From Candidatus Culexmicrobium cathedralense (GTDB lineage Archaea > Thermoproteota > Methanomethylicia > Culexarchaeales > Culexmicrobiaceae): 64,000 nucleotides of DNA. The stretch lies in NCBI GenBank assembly GCA_025061115.1, contig JANZKC010000002.1:416001-480000 (forward strand), written 5' to 3'. A model generated the notes under the pieces. It made no database searches. It was not told where the DNA came from and was given only the letters and a program-made list of their open reading frames with translations. Shown in pieces: positions 1-10,852 of the stretch. Numbering within the stretch: the first letter of the stretch is position 1; each line of letters begins with the position of its first letter. The position numbers were made by a program, and so were the translations under genes.

Positions 1-426
1 CTTTTATTTGCAGCGGGTACGTTGAAGAATGCTCTCTCCCCAAATCATCCTTAAAGGAAATGTTGATCATCAACGTGTATTTGCCAGGGGCCGCTGCCTC
101 CTTAACTTTCAATGAAGAGCTGAACGGTGCCTGCGAACCAGATGATAAACTTCCCAAGTAAACCACCCCCATACCAGTTTCCTCCAAAATATCCTCCATA
201 GACGAAACTGAAACCCTAATTCCCTTAGCAGCAGATATTCCATCATTCCTTAAAGCGCCTGAAATGGTGAGCGTATCACCAGCTTCAACCTCAAGAGGAG
301 AAGCAGTTAAGCTTACCAATTGCAAGTCAACATATCCAATAACTGAAAAACCAATTTTACGAGTTTCAGTGATTTCAAATCCGCATTCATCCCTAAATTT
401 ATCTTAAAAATAGTTTGAACTACCAT
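1..426 (-). pseudogene. COG1361-like S-layer/Ig-like repeat protein fragment; runs off the window edge, frameshifted near 400
   Basis: Manual translation of the minus strand gives FRDECGFEITETRKIGFSVIGYVDLQLVSLTASPLEVEAGDTLTISGALRNDG...PGKYTLMINISFKDDLG, a typical S-layer repeat. The in-frame TAA just upstream is removed by adding one A to an A-run, which joins it to the ATG at 426. Confidence 0.55.
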
Positions 427-464
427 TATTGATTACTAAAAAGAGGAACTTTTATTTTGTCACT

Positions 465-1313
465 TCATCGCATAAGGCTTCTGTTCAGCAGGCTCAATGC
501 TGCTCCCAATATCGTCATTGCGAATCCAAATGTCATTAAAATTGAATTTATGAATTGAATTGTGAGTAGAGCATATTCTTGATGCAACTTTATAGTGAAA
601 GCGTATAGTAATTGATTTCCAAGCGGAGTATATGCCAGGAATAGTCCGATTACTGCTAATCCTGAACCTGATATCATCATCGTTAAGTTGAAAGCTCGGC
701 TTCTGAATTCTCGGCCAAAATTAACAGATCTCAATTGCATTGGCGTTATTGACGGAAATGCTTGAGCAATTGATTTCAATATCGCTGGAGTTACAATTAA
801 TGAAAATGGCAGCATCGTTACGAACCACCATACAGTCAGCGCTACCGCAAATGAAGTCAATTCGAGCCACGTTAAATTAGGTGGTAGTGCCCCCAAAAAG
901 TAAATTGTCGGCACGTATAAGAAAGCGCATAAAGCATTCCCTATGATAAGCGTCAAGTATGTTGTTAAAATGAACCTCTTCAAGCTGAATTTTTCGTGTA
1001 AAAGCTTACCGTAAATGTAGAAGGCAATAAAATTACTTGGCACAGCTGCAATCAAGCTTGGAATATAGGGACAATGATGCTTAATTGAATCCGCAATGAA
1101 AGTTCCTATCGCTGCGCCCAAACCTGCCGGCATGCCACCAAAAATAACTGCTATTACTTGCGGGATTACTACTGCCGGTCTAAATTGCCCCCTACCCCAT
1201 GGCGACACGATATATGCAGTTAAATAGCATCCCAAAGCATATAATGCCGCGCACATGGCAGCAGAGACAACGCGCAATGCACCAGTAACCTTAAATTCAC
1301 TCATATGATTCAA
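465..1313 (-). CDS. ECF transporter S-component-like membrane protein
   Basis: Multiple TM helices; FRPAVVIP..IAVIFG..AGLGAAIGTFIAD pattern typical of S components. Confidence 0.6.
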   Translation of the reverse strand: MNHMSEFKVTGALRVVSAAMCAALYALGCYLTAYIVSPWGRGQFRPAVVIPQVIAVIFGGMPAGLGAAIGTFIADSIKHHCPYIPSLIAAVPSNFIAFYIYGKLLHEKFSLKRFILTTYLTLIIGNALCAFLYVPTIYFLGALPPNLTWLELTSFAVALTVWWFVTMLPFSLIVTPAILKSIAQAFPSITPMQLRSVNFGREFRSRAFNLTMMISGSGLAVIGLFLAYTPLGNQLLYAFTIKLHQEYALLTIQFINSILMTFGFAMTILGAALSLLNRSLMR

Positions 1314-1604
1314 CCACCCTAAGCGCCACTAATCTAGCAAATGAAATAGCATAAATTAATTTTGCTTCGATTTAAATGAACAAGCTAATTCACATAATGG
1401 TGTTAGCTCACAATGTACAATAAATTATTCAAAGCATAAGGTTTGATTTCTAAGTGCTAGCACATTTTAACTAGAAATCTCAAAGCTGAAAGGCCTTGAG
1501 AGTTAATGAAATATCCTACACAGTAGCACCACTAAAAGCAATTGCTACATGTGCCTTAGCTATATTCTCAAATATCGGTACTTGCAGGCTTCTCACGATA
1601 GTTG

Positions 1605-1682
1605 TGGTGGGCGGGGTGGGATTCGAACCCACGACCTCCGCCGCGTAAGGGCGGCATCCTAGTCCAGCTAGACGACCCGCCC
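1605..1682 (-). tRNA. tRNA-Val(TAC), CCA encoded
   Basis: Cloverleaf GGGCGGG...CCGCC-CT-TAC-GC-GGCGG...GTTCGAATC...CCCGCCCACCA. Confidence 0.97.
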
Positions 1683-1727
1683 ACACTTATAATGCCAATC
1701 ACCAGTGGAATAAGTTTTATGCTCTAT

Positions 1728-2270
1728 TTACTGACGCGCTTTAATTTTGGCCAGTTCCTTTTTCAAAGCTTCAACTCTCTTCTCTAAGAAGCTTATTATC
1801 TCCTTGTTGTCATGGGGCTGAAGGGGAGCATCGCATATAGGGCATTTAAATGAAGTTTCCACCGCATTTTCGAAGGTTAGTCTGACACCGTCTTTTGGGC
1901 AGTAGAAGAATATGTGGTTGCGCTCGTACTCGAGTCTTTGACTTAATTTTTCCAGTACCAATTGCTTTTTCAAATTTACGAGTGATTCAATGTTGTCCCT
2001 ATTTAGGCGCCATAGGTAGATGTACCACCCAGTGGATTTGTCGCGTATTCTGCGGTAGGATGCTAACTGATTGTCGAATAGGGTGTATAGTATTTTTCTA
2101 ACGCTATTTAATTTGATGCCTGTTTTCTCTGCTATTTTCTCGTCTGTTAGTTCATATTCCTCTGCTAGGGCTAAGGCTACTGCTACCGCGTCTTCTCCCC
2201 CGATCTCCTCTATTACTGCTATGAAACTCTCGTCTATTTCGAAGCCGAAAGCCTCATAATAATCGTACAT
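1728..2270 (-). CDS. tfe: Transcription factor E (TFE alpha)
   Basis: wHTH TDEKIAEKTGIKLNSVRKILYTL, GWYIYLW and Zn ribbon CPK..FKCPIC. Confidence 0.95.
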   Translation of the reverse strand: MYDYYEAFGFEIDESFIAVIEEIGGEDAVAVALALAEEYELTDEKIAEKTGIKLNSVRKILYTLFDNQLASYRRIRDKSTGWYIYLWRLNRDNIESLVNLKKQLVLEKLSQRLEYERNHIFFYCPKDGVRLTFENAVETSFKCPICDAPLQPHDNKEIISFLEKRVEALKKELAKIKARQ

Positions 2271-2336
2271 TCGCTTTTATCCACTCCACCTCTTGCTAAC
2301 TTTAAATTGTTTGGCCATAAATTTAAGTTCTTTGAC

Positions 2337-2879
2337 TTAATTTAGCTTAACAACTTTCTTGCCCCTAGGGCTAGGGCAAACCTTGATTTTCGCGCCCTTA
2401 AATTGGGATCTGAAAACCCAATCTTTAGTCAGCTCCTTCAAGAATACCGCTAGAGCTGCAACTTCAGAGTGAGGCTGATTTCCAATTGCCACATTCCAGT
2501 CAGCAAGCAAGTAATATTTCTTTGGAACCTTTTCAGCGCCAACAATTATCAGCTTATCTTTATTGGAGCGTCTAATTTCATCAATTACGTCCGGCAAATT
2601 TAAGCCGTACATGGTTAAGTGTATAACTTCACCTCCACTCTCCCTCCACTTCCTAATGAAAGAGGTAGGGTTAACACCAACCTCAACAGTGAAAGGCCCA
2701 CCCCAAGCCTCAACCACCCTAAGCAGAGAGCTCTTCACGCTCTCATCATCAGCATCTATCGCTATGCCATCTGCCCCAAATGCCCTTGCAACTAAGCCGA
2801 CGTGCGTTGTTACTCGCTTATCCCTCTCAGGCCTATGACCTATCCTCAAAACCACTATCTTATACTGCCAATCCTTCAT
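2337..2879 (-). CDS. tRNA (cytidine(56)-2'-O)-methyltransferase aTrm56
   Basis: LRIGHRPERDKRVTTHVGLVARAFGA, HLTMYG and NQPHSEVAALA motifs. Confidence 0.95.
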   Translation of the reverse strand: MKDWQYKIVVLRIGHRPERDKRVTTHVGLVARAFGADGIAIDADDESVKSSLLRVVEAWGGPFTVEVGVNPTSFIRKWRESGGEVIHLTMYGLNLPDVIDEIRRSNKDKLIIVGAEKVPKKYYLLADWNVAIGNQPHSEVAALAVFLKELTKDWVFRSQFKGAKIKVCPSPRGKKVVKLN

Positions 2880-2929
2880 GATATATCACACAACATTTTA
2901 ATTAAAGCAACTAATTGAATTTAACGAGT

Positions 2930-4048
2930 ATGAAAGCAGTATTGGTAGAGTGCATAGTAGGAAGAAGTAAATCCAAGCTGAGCGAGCTGCAGGAGCTCGC
3001 CAAAAGTAGAGGTTATGAGGTAGTTGGAATACTAACTCAAAAAAGAAGTAAGCCGGATCCAGCATTCTACATTGGCAAAGGGAAAGTTCAGGAACTTAGG
3101 GAGTTGGTTGAGAAAACTAGGGCAAGCACGGTTATCTTCGCAAACACTCTCAAAGCTAGCCAAGCATTTAGGATTAGAAGGGAAATTGGGTGGCATATAA
3201 GCGTAATTGATAGAAACCTCTTGATTTTGGAGATATTTGAGGAGCGAGCTAGGACAGCTGAAGCTAAACTCCAAATAGAGCTGGCTCGCCTATACTACAT
3301 GCTGCCATGGACGAGGGAGTACGTGAGATTTCGAAACCTATATGGCGAGCAAGTAGGCTGGGGAGCACTTGGAGAATACCTACACAAAGTATATGAAAGG
3401 CATGTCAGAAGCAGAATAGCTACCCTGGAAAAGAAGCTAGAGAAATTAAAGTTTCAAAGTAAAATGAGGATAGTTAAAAGACATGAACTGGGATTTCCAG
3501 TAGTTATACTTACGGGCTACACGCAAGCTGGGAAAACGGAGCTCTTCAATAGGCTAGCAAGGGAGTCGAAGCCAACAGGTTTAGGGCCGTTCACAACCCT
3601 CTCAACATGCGGCAGAAAGGTTAGGATTAGAGGCTTAGGGAGCTTCATACTAGTTGACTCAATAGGATTTGTTGAAGACATGCACCCACTAATACTGGAG
3701 GCATTCTACGCCACGCTAAATGAACTAGCGCTATCAGACCTGATACTGCTCGTCATAGATGTAAGCGAAAGCAAATTGGAAATAAGAAGGAAAGTCTTGG
3801 CCTCAGAGGAAATCCTACGGAGAATTGCTCCTGCAACTCCAGTCATAGTTTGCCTAAACAAAATAGACCTAGCCACCAGCGAAAAAATTGAGGCAGCAGA
3901 AAGCATAGTTAGGGAGGCATTTCCATACCAATGCATAATACCCATAAGCGCAAAGAAGGGAGACAACTTAGATAAGCTGATGAGCGAAATCGCGGACCAA
4001 ATAAAGTCTGAAATAGAAGATTATGGGAGGATCAGCGCTTCCTCCTAA
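2930..4048 (+). CDS. hflX: GTPase HflX
   Basis: YIGKGK, IFEERARTAEAKLQIELA, G1 GYTQAGKT, G3 DSIG, G4 NKID, G5 ISAK. Confidence 0.9.
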   Translation: MKAVLVECIVGRSKSKLSELQELAKSRGYEVVGILTQKRSKPDPAFYIGKGKVQELRELVEKTRASTVIFANTLKASQAFRIRREIGWHISVIDRNLLILEIFEERARTAEAKLQIELARLYYMLPWTREYVRFRNLYGEQVGWGALGEYLHKVYERHVRSRIATLEKKLEKLKFQSKMRIVKRHELGFPVVILTGYTQAGKTELFNRLARESKPTGLGPFTTLSTCGRKVRIRGLGSFILVDSIGFVEDMHPLILEAFYATLNELALSDLILLVIDVSESKLEIRRKVLASEEILRRIAPATPVIVCLNKIDLATSEKIEAAESIVREAFPYQCIIPISAKKGDNLDKLMSEIADQIKSEIEDYGRISASS

Positions 4049-4529
4049 ATTTAATTTCTGCAATGTCCCCCAAAGTCAATTCGAACTTTTTAGAAGTTAG
4101 AGTAGGTTGATGCAATTCAGGAGCTAATGCAGGCACTAAAAGCTTAACCTTAAGAACCGACTCCAGCTTCCTGGCAAGCGGTATAGGCGGAACCATAGCT
4201 CCAGACTCTATCCTACGTATAACCGACACCTTCTCCTTAACCCTTTCAGCTAAAATCTCCTTGGTCCAACCTAGAGCCTCCCTAGCAGCCCTAATCCTCT
4301 CAGCATAGTCCTCAACAACCTCAAGCTCCTCAACCAATCTTCTCCTCACGGCTCTAGGCTTAACCGATTTGACCCTAGTCGGCTTATAGGTAAACCTTGA
4401 AGCCTTAGGCTTCTCCATAATGGGAGAGCCGTACTTCGCGCATTCACCACAAACAGTTAAAACCGCACCTGCAATCAGAACCTTCCTACCCCTGCCCCTA
4501 AGAGGCTTGCCGCATAATTCACAGCTCAA
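4032..4529 (-). CDS. Archaeal multiprotein bridging factor aMBF1 (Zn ribbon + HTH)
   Basis: CELCG...CGEC ribbon, HTH and C-terminal TLGD motif; sits next to PAN. Confidence 0.92.
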   Translation of the reverse strand: MSCELCGKPLRGRGRKVLIAGAVLTVCGECAKYGSPIMEKPKASRFTYKPTRVKSVKPRAVRRRLVEELEVVEDYAERIRAAREALGWTKEILAERVKEKVSVIRRIESGAMVPPIPLARKLESVLKVKLLVPALAPELHQPTLTSKKFELTLGDIAEIKFRRKR

Positions 4530-4663
4530 AATTCACACCACAGCAATTATGCGCATGTCAACTTATACGGTTTACGCTCATGGTAGAAATTTTAATTTTA
4601 GACGAAGCGAGAAGTATCTACGGAGAACATCAGCGTACATAGAGTTGAAGTGAGGGCGACGCC

Positions 4664-5851
4664 TTGCCATCCCCAATAGATAGCGAGGAAATCACCTACT
4701 TTAGAAGAGTTGAGAGCTACACCAAGTACTTAGAGAGAAAGCTCAGAAACTTGGAATTGGAATTCCAGGTTTTAAGCGAAGAGAGAGACAGACTACTTCA
4801 AGAAATAGAGTTCCTCAGGGAAGAGCTCAAAAGATTAAGCTCCCCACCCTTAATTGAAGCGCGAGTGGTGGAAGTCCTAAGCGATGGAAGAGCAATAGTG
4901 AGGAGCTCAACTGGGCAGAGCCTAGTAGTTTACGTGTCAAGCTTCATAGATAAGCGAAAGCTGCGGCCAAACGTCAGGGTAGCCCTCAATCAAAGGACGT
5001 TCGCCGTAGTCGAAATACTACCTCAAGTCGAAGACCCATACATAAGGGGAATGGAAGTAATTGAAAAGCCAAATGTCACCTACCGCGACATCGGAGGCCT
5101 AGAAGAGCAAATAAAAGAGATTAGGGAAGCCGTAGAACTACCATTATTAGAGCCAGAGCTATTCAATGAAGTAGGCATAGATCCACCTAAGGGAGTCCTC
5201 CTATACGGGCCGCCTGGATGCGGTAAAACGCTGCTAGCAAAGGCAGTAGCCCACGAAACGAAGGCTACGTTCATAAAGGTTGTTGGCTCGGAACTAGTGA
5301 GAAAGTACATTGGAGAAGGAGCAAGAATGGTCAAAGAACTATTCTCCCTAGCAAGAAGAAAAGCCCCAAGCATAGTGTTCATCGACGAAATAGATGCCAT
5401 TGGCGGAAGAAGAATGGACCTATCAACAAGCGGAGAAAGGGAAGTCCAAAGAACAATGGCCCAGCTACTAAGCGAGATGGACGGCTTCAACCCCAGAGGA
5501 AACGTGAAAGTAATAGCAGCAACAAATAGGATAGACATGCTCGACCCAGCTCTACTCAGGCCAGGAAGATTCGACAGGATAATTGAAGTACCACTTCCAA
5601 ACGAGAAGGGGCGACTTGAAATCCTGAAGATACACACCAGAAGAATGAGGATATCGAAGGAAGTATTACTGGAAACACTAGCCAAGATGACTGAAGGGGC
5701 GAGCGGAGCCGACATAAAAGCAATATGCACCGAAGCCGGAATGAATGCCATAAGAGAAAAGCGAAAGTGCGTAAAGATGATGGACTTCCTGAAGGCAATA
5801 GATAAAGTGCTGAAGGGCAAAAAGCATACAATCCCAACGGCGTACATGTAG
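4664..5851 (+). CDS. pan: Proteasome-activating nucleotidase PAN
   Basis: Coiled coil, OB domain, Walker A GPPGCGKT, Walker B IFIDEID, RPGRFDR and C-terminal HbYX (AYM). Confidence 0.97.
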   Translation: MPSPIDSEEITYFRRVESYTKYLERKLRNLELEFQVLSEERDRLLQEIEFLREELKRLSSPPLIEARVVEVLSDGRAIVRSSTGQSLVVYVSSFIDKRKLRPNVRVALNQRTFAVVEILPQVEDPYIRGMEVIEKPNVTYRDIGGLEEQIKEIREAVELPLLEPELFNEVGIDPPKGVLLYGPPGCGKTLLAKAVAHETKATFIKVVGSELVRKYIGEGARMVKELFSLARRKAPSIVFIDEIDAIGGRRMDLSTSGEREVQRTMAQLLSEMDGFNPRGNVKVIAATNRIDMLDPALLRPGRFDRIIEVPLPNEKGRLEILKIHTRRMRISKEVLLETLAKMTEGASGADIKAICTEAGMNAIREKRKCVKMMDFLKAIDKVLKGKKHTIPTAYM

Positions 5852-5859
5852 TGAGAGCA

Positions 5860-6351
5860 ATGACATCCACAGACCTCTATAGAATCAGGAGAATAGCTGA
5901 ATACCAATTTGGAAAAGGCATTGGAGACATACTATTCCCAAACGGCGTTGAAATAGAAAAATCAAGAAAAACAGGCAAAATAAGGAGAATATACCATGAA
6001 GGCAAGCTGCTAGCAACAATGAGAGCCAGCGACGGATACCTAGCCCTATCAATAGAAGGAGCTAGAAGAATAGTGGAAAAAACTAGGAAACCCAAGTTAA
6101 GGGTTATAGTGGCAGGCGAGATCGCAAAGTTCATCAAGGAAGGGAGAAACGTCTTCGCAAAACACGTGGTCGAAGCAGACCCCAACATTAGGCCTGGAAG
6201 CGAAGTTATAGTTGTCGACGAAAGCGACAGACTATTAGCAGTTGGAAGAGCAGTATTAAATGGTGAAGAAATGATTTCCTTTAAAAGTGGAGTAGCCGTT
6301 AAGGTAAGAAAAGGAGTAGGCGGTGAAAAATGTGAGGAGAATGTCACCTAG
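5860..6351 (+). CDS. PUA-domain RNA-binding protein (TGT C-terminal-like)
   Basis: YQFG...SRKTGKIRRI...GRNVFAKHV..D..IRPG.EV...GVAVKVR. Confidence 0.88.
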   Translation: MTSTDLYRIRRIAEYQFGKGIGDILFPNGVEIEKSRKTGKIRRIYHEGKLLATMRASDGYLALSIEGARRIVEKTRKPKLRVIVAGEIAKFIKEGRNVFAKHVVEADPNIRPGSEVIVVDESDRLLAVGRAVLNGEEMISFKSGVAVKVRKGVGGEKCEENVT

Positions 6352-6694
6352 AGAGATGAGGAGGCTCATGAAGAAGCTAGGCATGCAGTTAGAGGAGCTG
6401 TCAGACGTTGAGGAAGTAATCATAGTCAGGGAAAGGGAATTGATCAAGCTTACAAGCCCCACGGTCTCGCTAATGAAAATTGGAGGACAAACAATATTCC
6501 AAGTAGTAGGTGAGCCAATAACCACACCGAGAGAAGAAACTGAAAAGAAGGAAGCAATCGAAATTCCAGAGGAAGATGTACAGCTAGTAGCTGCTCAAGC
6601 AGGAGTCAGCATAGAAGAAGCGAGAAGAGCATTAATGGAAGCTGAAGGGGACCTGGCAAAGGCAATTTTAACGTTAACATCCATGAAGAAATGA
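6323..6694 (+). CDS. nac: Nascent polypeptide-associated complex protein
   Basis: PREMRRLMKKLGM NAC domain plus UBA-like EEDVQLVAAQAGVS...GDLAKAI. Confidence 0.95.
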   Translation: MKNVRRMSPREMRRLMKKLGMQLEELSDVEEVIIVRERELIKLTSPTVSLMKIGGQTIFQVVGEPITTPREETEKKEAIEIPEEDVQLVAAQAGVSIEEARRALMEAEGDLAKAILTLTSMKK

Positions 6695-6695
6695 G

Positions 6696-7331
6696 CTAGC
6701 GAGCTTGAGCCCTCAATTCAAGCTTTCTCTTAATCCTCTTAACTCTGAAAATGTCTTCGCGCTCCCTCTCAGCAAGATAGAGCTCGATGTACTTGATGGC
6801 ATCCTCAATTTTAGGAATTACAATCGACTCAAGAGCATTAACTCTCCGCCTAACCTTCCTCACCTCCTCAGCCAGCCTAGTTAAAGTCGCACTCGCCTCA
6901 GCGAGCTTAACGATCTTGCTCACCGCAATAGAAAACTTCTCAACAGCAGTGTCAAGATATGCGGTCGTATCGATCAAGCTGTATGGCCGCTCAACCCGCC
7001 TAATATTTGCAGTGAACACCGGAATTAAAACGCCCATAACATTCCTCGTCCTCATATCAACCTCCACAGCCTCAGGAACTCCAGCTGCAATCCTCTCAAT
7101 TCTAAGTGCACCCAGCTCAATTTCAGCTCCGCTTAAAGCTGCAAAAGCCTCCCTTAACGCTAATATGACCTCCTCTCTGAGAGACTTATAATCCTGAACG
7201 GCAGCGAAAAACTCCATTATAAGGGCGTCCCTCTTTTCCTGGAGAAGCTCCAAACCTCTCTTAGCTAACTTCAACCTACGCTTAAGCGCCAGCAGCTCCA
7301 TCCTAGTCGGCTTAACTTCCATTGTAGCCAT
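6696..7331 (-). CDS. atpD: A/V-type ATP synthase subunit D
   Basis: PTRMELL.LK.RL..A.RG..LL.EKRDAL and RRVNALE motifs. Confidence 0.95.
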   Translation of the reverse strand: MATMEVKPTRMELLALKRRLKLAKRGLELLQEKRDALIMEFFAAVQDYKSLREEVILALREAFAALSGAEIELGALRIERIAAGVPEAVEVDMRTRNVMGVLIPVFTANIRRVERPYSLIDTTAYLDTAVEKFSIAVSKIVKLAEASATLTRLAEEVRKVRRRVNALESIVIPKIEDAIKYIELYLAEREREDIFRVKRIKRKLELRAQAR

Positions 7332-7440
7332 AAGTACACCGCCACAATAACTAGCACATGAAAATTTAAAACAATTCTGCTATCCTCAGCAACCGAGCAG
7401 TAAGCGTAAAATAGATGTCTACACTAGATGAGTTGAAAAC

Positions 7441-8394
7441 TCAACGAGGCCTTGAAAATTTACGCATTATGAATATGCGCCCCCCATAACTCACCTTCAC
7501 AACGCTTCCCTTACGTACGAGATCCTCCAGAACTTCATTGGGATTCAAGCCAGCTCTCTCAAAAAACTTGTAGGCATAGTCAAGCCTCATTGGATGAACA
7601 GAAACAATTGCCAAGAAGTCCTTAATTGGATCGCTAATAAAAGTAAATTCAGGACCCTCAAAAGCCGAGAGCAATTCAACCTTCCCCAAACCTAAAGCTT
7701 CAGCAAACAATGAATAGGCACTTACGATCAAGTCCTCCGAAGGCAGGTTAACCCAAGCTTCAGCTGGAGGTCTAATGGGAATTGAGATGTAGGCTTTAAA
7801 TGGATTAACCCTGGATATGAATTTAGCAGTTTCCCGAATAGAATGTTCACTTGTATTCAAGCCACTTACAAGCATCGTCTCAGTGATCAAAATACCCCTA
7901 TAGCTACGAGCAAACGCCATTATTCCCTCAAGCACCTCATCCAAGGAGAGGCGCGGATGCGGCCTATTAACAGCGCTCCAAACTTCAGGTAAGGCGGAAT
8001 CCACCTTCAATGAAACCAGGTCGAACAGGGATAAGTCACTTCTAACGTCATCCCTAAAAATTAGCGACGCATTAGTTAGCACGGCAACTGGAACTTCAAT
8101 TTTCTCCTTAATTTTCTCCACGATATTGCCAAGATTTATGTCAAGAGTAGGCTCGCCATCGGGCACAAAAGTTACATAATCGATTGGAGAGCTGAGATTT
8201 CTAACCGACTCAATAACCTCATTAGCAACCTCGTCTGGAGGGTAGAACTCCCTTCTCTCAACTCCTAAACGCATAGTTCTACCAAGCTGACAGTAAACGC
8301 ACGAGTACGTGCAATGCTTTGCAGGGATGTTATTTACCCCCAAAGACATTCCAAGCCTCCTAGATGGAACAGGTCCAAAAACGTACTTCCCCAC
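7441..8394 (-). CDS. Radical SAM protein (COG0731-like)
   Basis: FGPVPSRRLGMSLGVN, CTYSCVYC and GEPTL. Confidence 0.9.
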   Translation of the reverse strand: MGKYVFGPVPSRRLGMSLGVNNIPAKHCTYSCVYCQLGRTMRLGVERREFYPPDEVANEVIESVRNLSSPIDYVTFVPDGEPTLDINLGNIVEKIKEKIEVPVAVLTNASLIFRDDVRSDLSLFDLVSLKVDSALPEVWSAVNRPHPRLSLDEVLEGIMAFARSYRGILITETMLVSGLNTSEHSIRETAKFISRVNPFKAYISIPIRPPAEAWVNLPSEDLIVSAYSLFAEALGLGKVELLSAFEGPEFTFISDPIKDFLAIVSVHPMRLDYAYKFFERAGLNPNEVLEDLVRKGSVVKVSYGGRIFIMRKFSRPR

Positions 8395-8417
8395 TTAAAC
8401 CACCACTCAGATCTAAC

Positions 8418-9146
8418 TCAGCAATTCCCTCCAATAACTATGCGCCTACCAGCATAAGCGCTAACAAACCTTTCGGCGAGAAGCTTGGAAAGGACATTTA
8501 TAGCAGCGTTGCTAGTGCAATGGCAAGGGGCAACGAGCTTCACATCAAAATGCTCGAGTACTTTGGCGACATCATATGCCTCAGCAGCGTCAATGTGAAA
8601 GCCTCCAATGACACCCCATATACTACTGGACTCAGTGACTTCCGCAGCCCGTTCAAGTATTGAAGCTACTCCAGGGTGGGAGCATCCTACGAAAACAACT
8701 GGGCCGCAACCTTTAACGTTGATTATAAGTGAGTGCTCCTTCAAAAAACGTCCAAGAACTCCAGATGTGATAATTCCATCACATAGCTTAACTGGCCTTC
8801 CTGCATCAATGAAATCGCCTCTCCTAAATAGAGGTCTTGACGGAGCTAATACCTTAGCACCGCGACCAACACTAGCTAAATACGCCGTTAATCCACCTAG
8901 ACCTCCAGAGTGATCTCCATGCCAATGGCTGATGAAAACGAAGTCCAAATCCCTTAATGGAACTTTCAAAACCTCCGAATTATGCCTCAATATTTCCCAG
9001 CTAGAATCAGTGTCGAATAGAATTTTAGCCGATTCACACTCTAAGTAAATGGATAGCCCCCAAGCCGAAATTACATTGCGGCTAACTCGCCTATTATCCA
9101 CTACAATTATCACCTTAATACCGTCCACACAATTGGCAAAGCTCAA
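8418..9146 (-). CDS. MBL-fold metallohydrolase (COG1237-like)
   Basis: SHWHGDHSGG, GCSHPG, GGFH and PCHCT. Confidence 0.9.
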   Translation of the reverse strand: MSFANCVDGIKVIIVVDNRRVSRNVISAWGLSIYLECESAKILFDTDSSWEILRHNSEVLKVPLRDLDFVFISHWHGDHSGGLGGLTAYLASVGRGAKVLAPSRPLFRRGDFIDAGRPVKLCDGIITSGVLGRFLKEHSLIINVKGCGPVVFVGCSHPGVASILERAAEVTESSSIWGVIGGFHIDAAEAYDVAKVLEHFDVKLVAPCHCTSNAAINVLSKLLAERFVSAYAGRRIVIGGNC

Positions 9147-9413
9147 GGCAGCATCAACCTCAATTAGCTAAATGCAAAAACCTCCAAGAGAGAAGCTCCT
9201 CAAGTTTAACTCCAATACTCCAACAGCAAACTCGCAGGCAGGACCCAAGAGAGCAACCGGCAACCACAGCTCAGCACGCCCAAAATAATTTAGTGCATAT
9301 GAACATAATTATTTAACTCCCATCCTCAATGTTAAGAAATAAGTTCGAGAGAGCTCTATAGGCACCGCTATAGTATGGCGAAAAAATAAAATGGACTTCT
9401 AAACCAGCCTTGA

Positions 9414-10127
9414 TCATATTCCAAGATATGCCTTCTTAACCTCTTCATCCTCTAGAAGCTCACTTCCAGTTCCAGCCTTCACGATTCTACCGGTTTCGAT
9501 TATGTAAGCTCTATCGCAGAGCTTTAAAGCTTGATGGACGTTCTGCTCAACAAGCAAAACCGTATAACCTTCATTCTTAAGCTTGGAAACGAAGTCAAGC
9601 ACTTCAATCACCAATTTCGGCGCCAATCCCAAGCTTGGTTCGTCCAGCATCAGCAATGTAGGTCTGAGAATAAGTCCCCTAGCAATAGCCAGCATTTGCT
9701 GCTCACCCCCACTTAAAGTGCCTGCCAACTGATTTCTCCTCTCCTTCAATATTGGAAACAGATTGTACACTATCTCCAAGGTTTCACTGAACTTTTCCCT
9801 AGCTCTTCGAGTGTAAGCAGCTGCCTTCAAGTTTTCATAAACCGTCAATCTAGGGAAAAGCTGCCTCCCCTCGGGAATGTGAGCCAATCCCATTTCAACT
9901 CTCCTATGCGGATCCAGCTTAGTAATATCCATACTCATGAATTGTATGCGGCCCCTTCTAGGCATTAAGAGGCCTGATATTGTTTTCAGGGTGGTTGATT
10001 TCCCAGCGCCATTAGCTCCGAGAAGCGCTACGATTTCCCCCTCCTTAACGTCGAAGGATATCCCCCAAATAACTTGAACATCTCCATAGAAAACTTCCAA
10101 GTCCTCAACACTTAGAACTACGCTCAT
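9414..10127 (-). CDS. livF: Branched-chain amino acid ABC transporter ATPase LivF
   Basis: GANGAGKST, LSGGEQQM and LDEPSLGLAP. Confidence 0.93.
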   Translation of the reverse strand: MSVVLSVEDLEVFYGDVQVIWGISFDVKEGEIVALLGANGAGKSTTLKTISGLLMPRRGRIQFMSMDITKLDPHRRVEMGLAHIPEGRQLFPRLTVYENLKAAAYTRRAREKFSETLEIVYNLFPILKERRNQLAGTLSGGEQQMLAIARGLILRPTLLMLDEPSLGLAPKLVIEVLDFVSKLKNEGYTVLLVEQNVHQALKLCDRAYIIETGRIVKAGTGSELLEDEEVKKAYLGI

Positions 10128-10852
10128 AGCTCCAACCTCGCACCCAAATAGGCTTCAATGACATGAGGATCATTTGCAACTTGCTTCGGCGTGCCCTCAG
10201 CTATCTTTTTCCCATGATGCAGGACAACTATTCTCTGCGATATGTTCATCACGAACCTCATGACGTGCTCAACAACCAGCAAGGTTTTCCCTGCATTATT
10301 TACCTCCCTAAGCAACGCCAACACATCATCTATTTCAGCAGGAGTGAGACCTGCAGCCACTTCATCCAGTAGAAGGAGGTCAGGTTCAAGAGCTAATGCT
10401 CTAGCTAGCTCGAGCCTCTTCTTCTCCGCGACATTTAGAGAGCCTGCCTTCATGAGCCTCTTATCATAAAGTCCAGTGAACTCCAAAAGCTCCAAAGCTC
10501 TCCTAGTAGCCTCCTCCAAGTCAGCATGCTTCAAGAAAGCACTTACAACAACGTTTTCTAGCACCGTCAGCCCGGGAAGAGGCTTAACAATTTGGAAGGT
10601 TCTGCCAATTCCCATCTTAGCAATGACGTATGGAGGCTTTCCAGTTATATCTTCGCCCCTAAAGTAAACCTTCCCGGACTCGGGCTTATAATACCCCGTA
10701 ATCACGTTGAACATTGTAGTTTTTCCAGCTCCATTTGGACCGATAAGCCCAACAATTTCACCCTCATCAACGTGGAAGGAGACAGCGTCCAATGCAACTA
10801 GCCCGCCAAACTTCTTAGTTACGTCTTCAACTTTAAGTATAGGATGACTCAC
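10124..10852 (-). CDS. livG: Branched-chain amino acid ABC transporter ATPase LivG
   Basis: GPNGAGKTT, RTFQ, LLDE and EAYLG; GTG start after GGAGGTGA SD. Confidence 0.92.
   Translation of the reverse strand: MSHPILKVEDVTKKFGGLVALDAVSFHVDEGEIVGLIGPNGAGKTTMFNVITGYYKPESGKVYFRGEDITGKPPYVIAKMGIGRTFQIVKPLPGLTVLENVVVSAFLKHADLEEATRRALELLEFTGLYDKRLMKAGSLNVAEKKRLELARALALEPDLLLLDEVAAGLTPAEIDDVLALLREVNNAGKTLLVVEHVMRFVMNISQRIVVLHHGKKIAEGTPKQVANDPHVIEAYLGARLEL

Noticed and set aside
5080-5907. Long antisense ORFs (here and opposite pheT, KaiC, FAD oxidase and others)
   Set aside because: Mirror frames of well-supported genes, caused by biased codon usage.
6696-7331. Stand-alone atpD as a novelty
   Set aside because: Split A-ATPase operons are common in TACK archaea.
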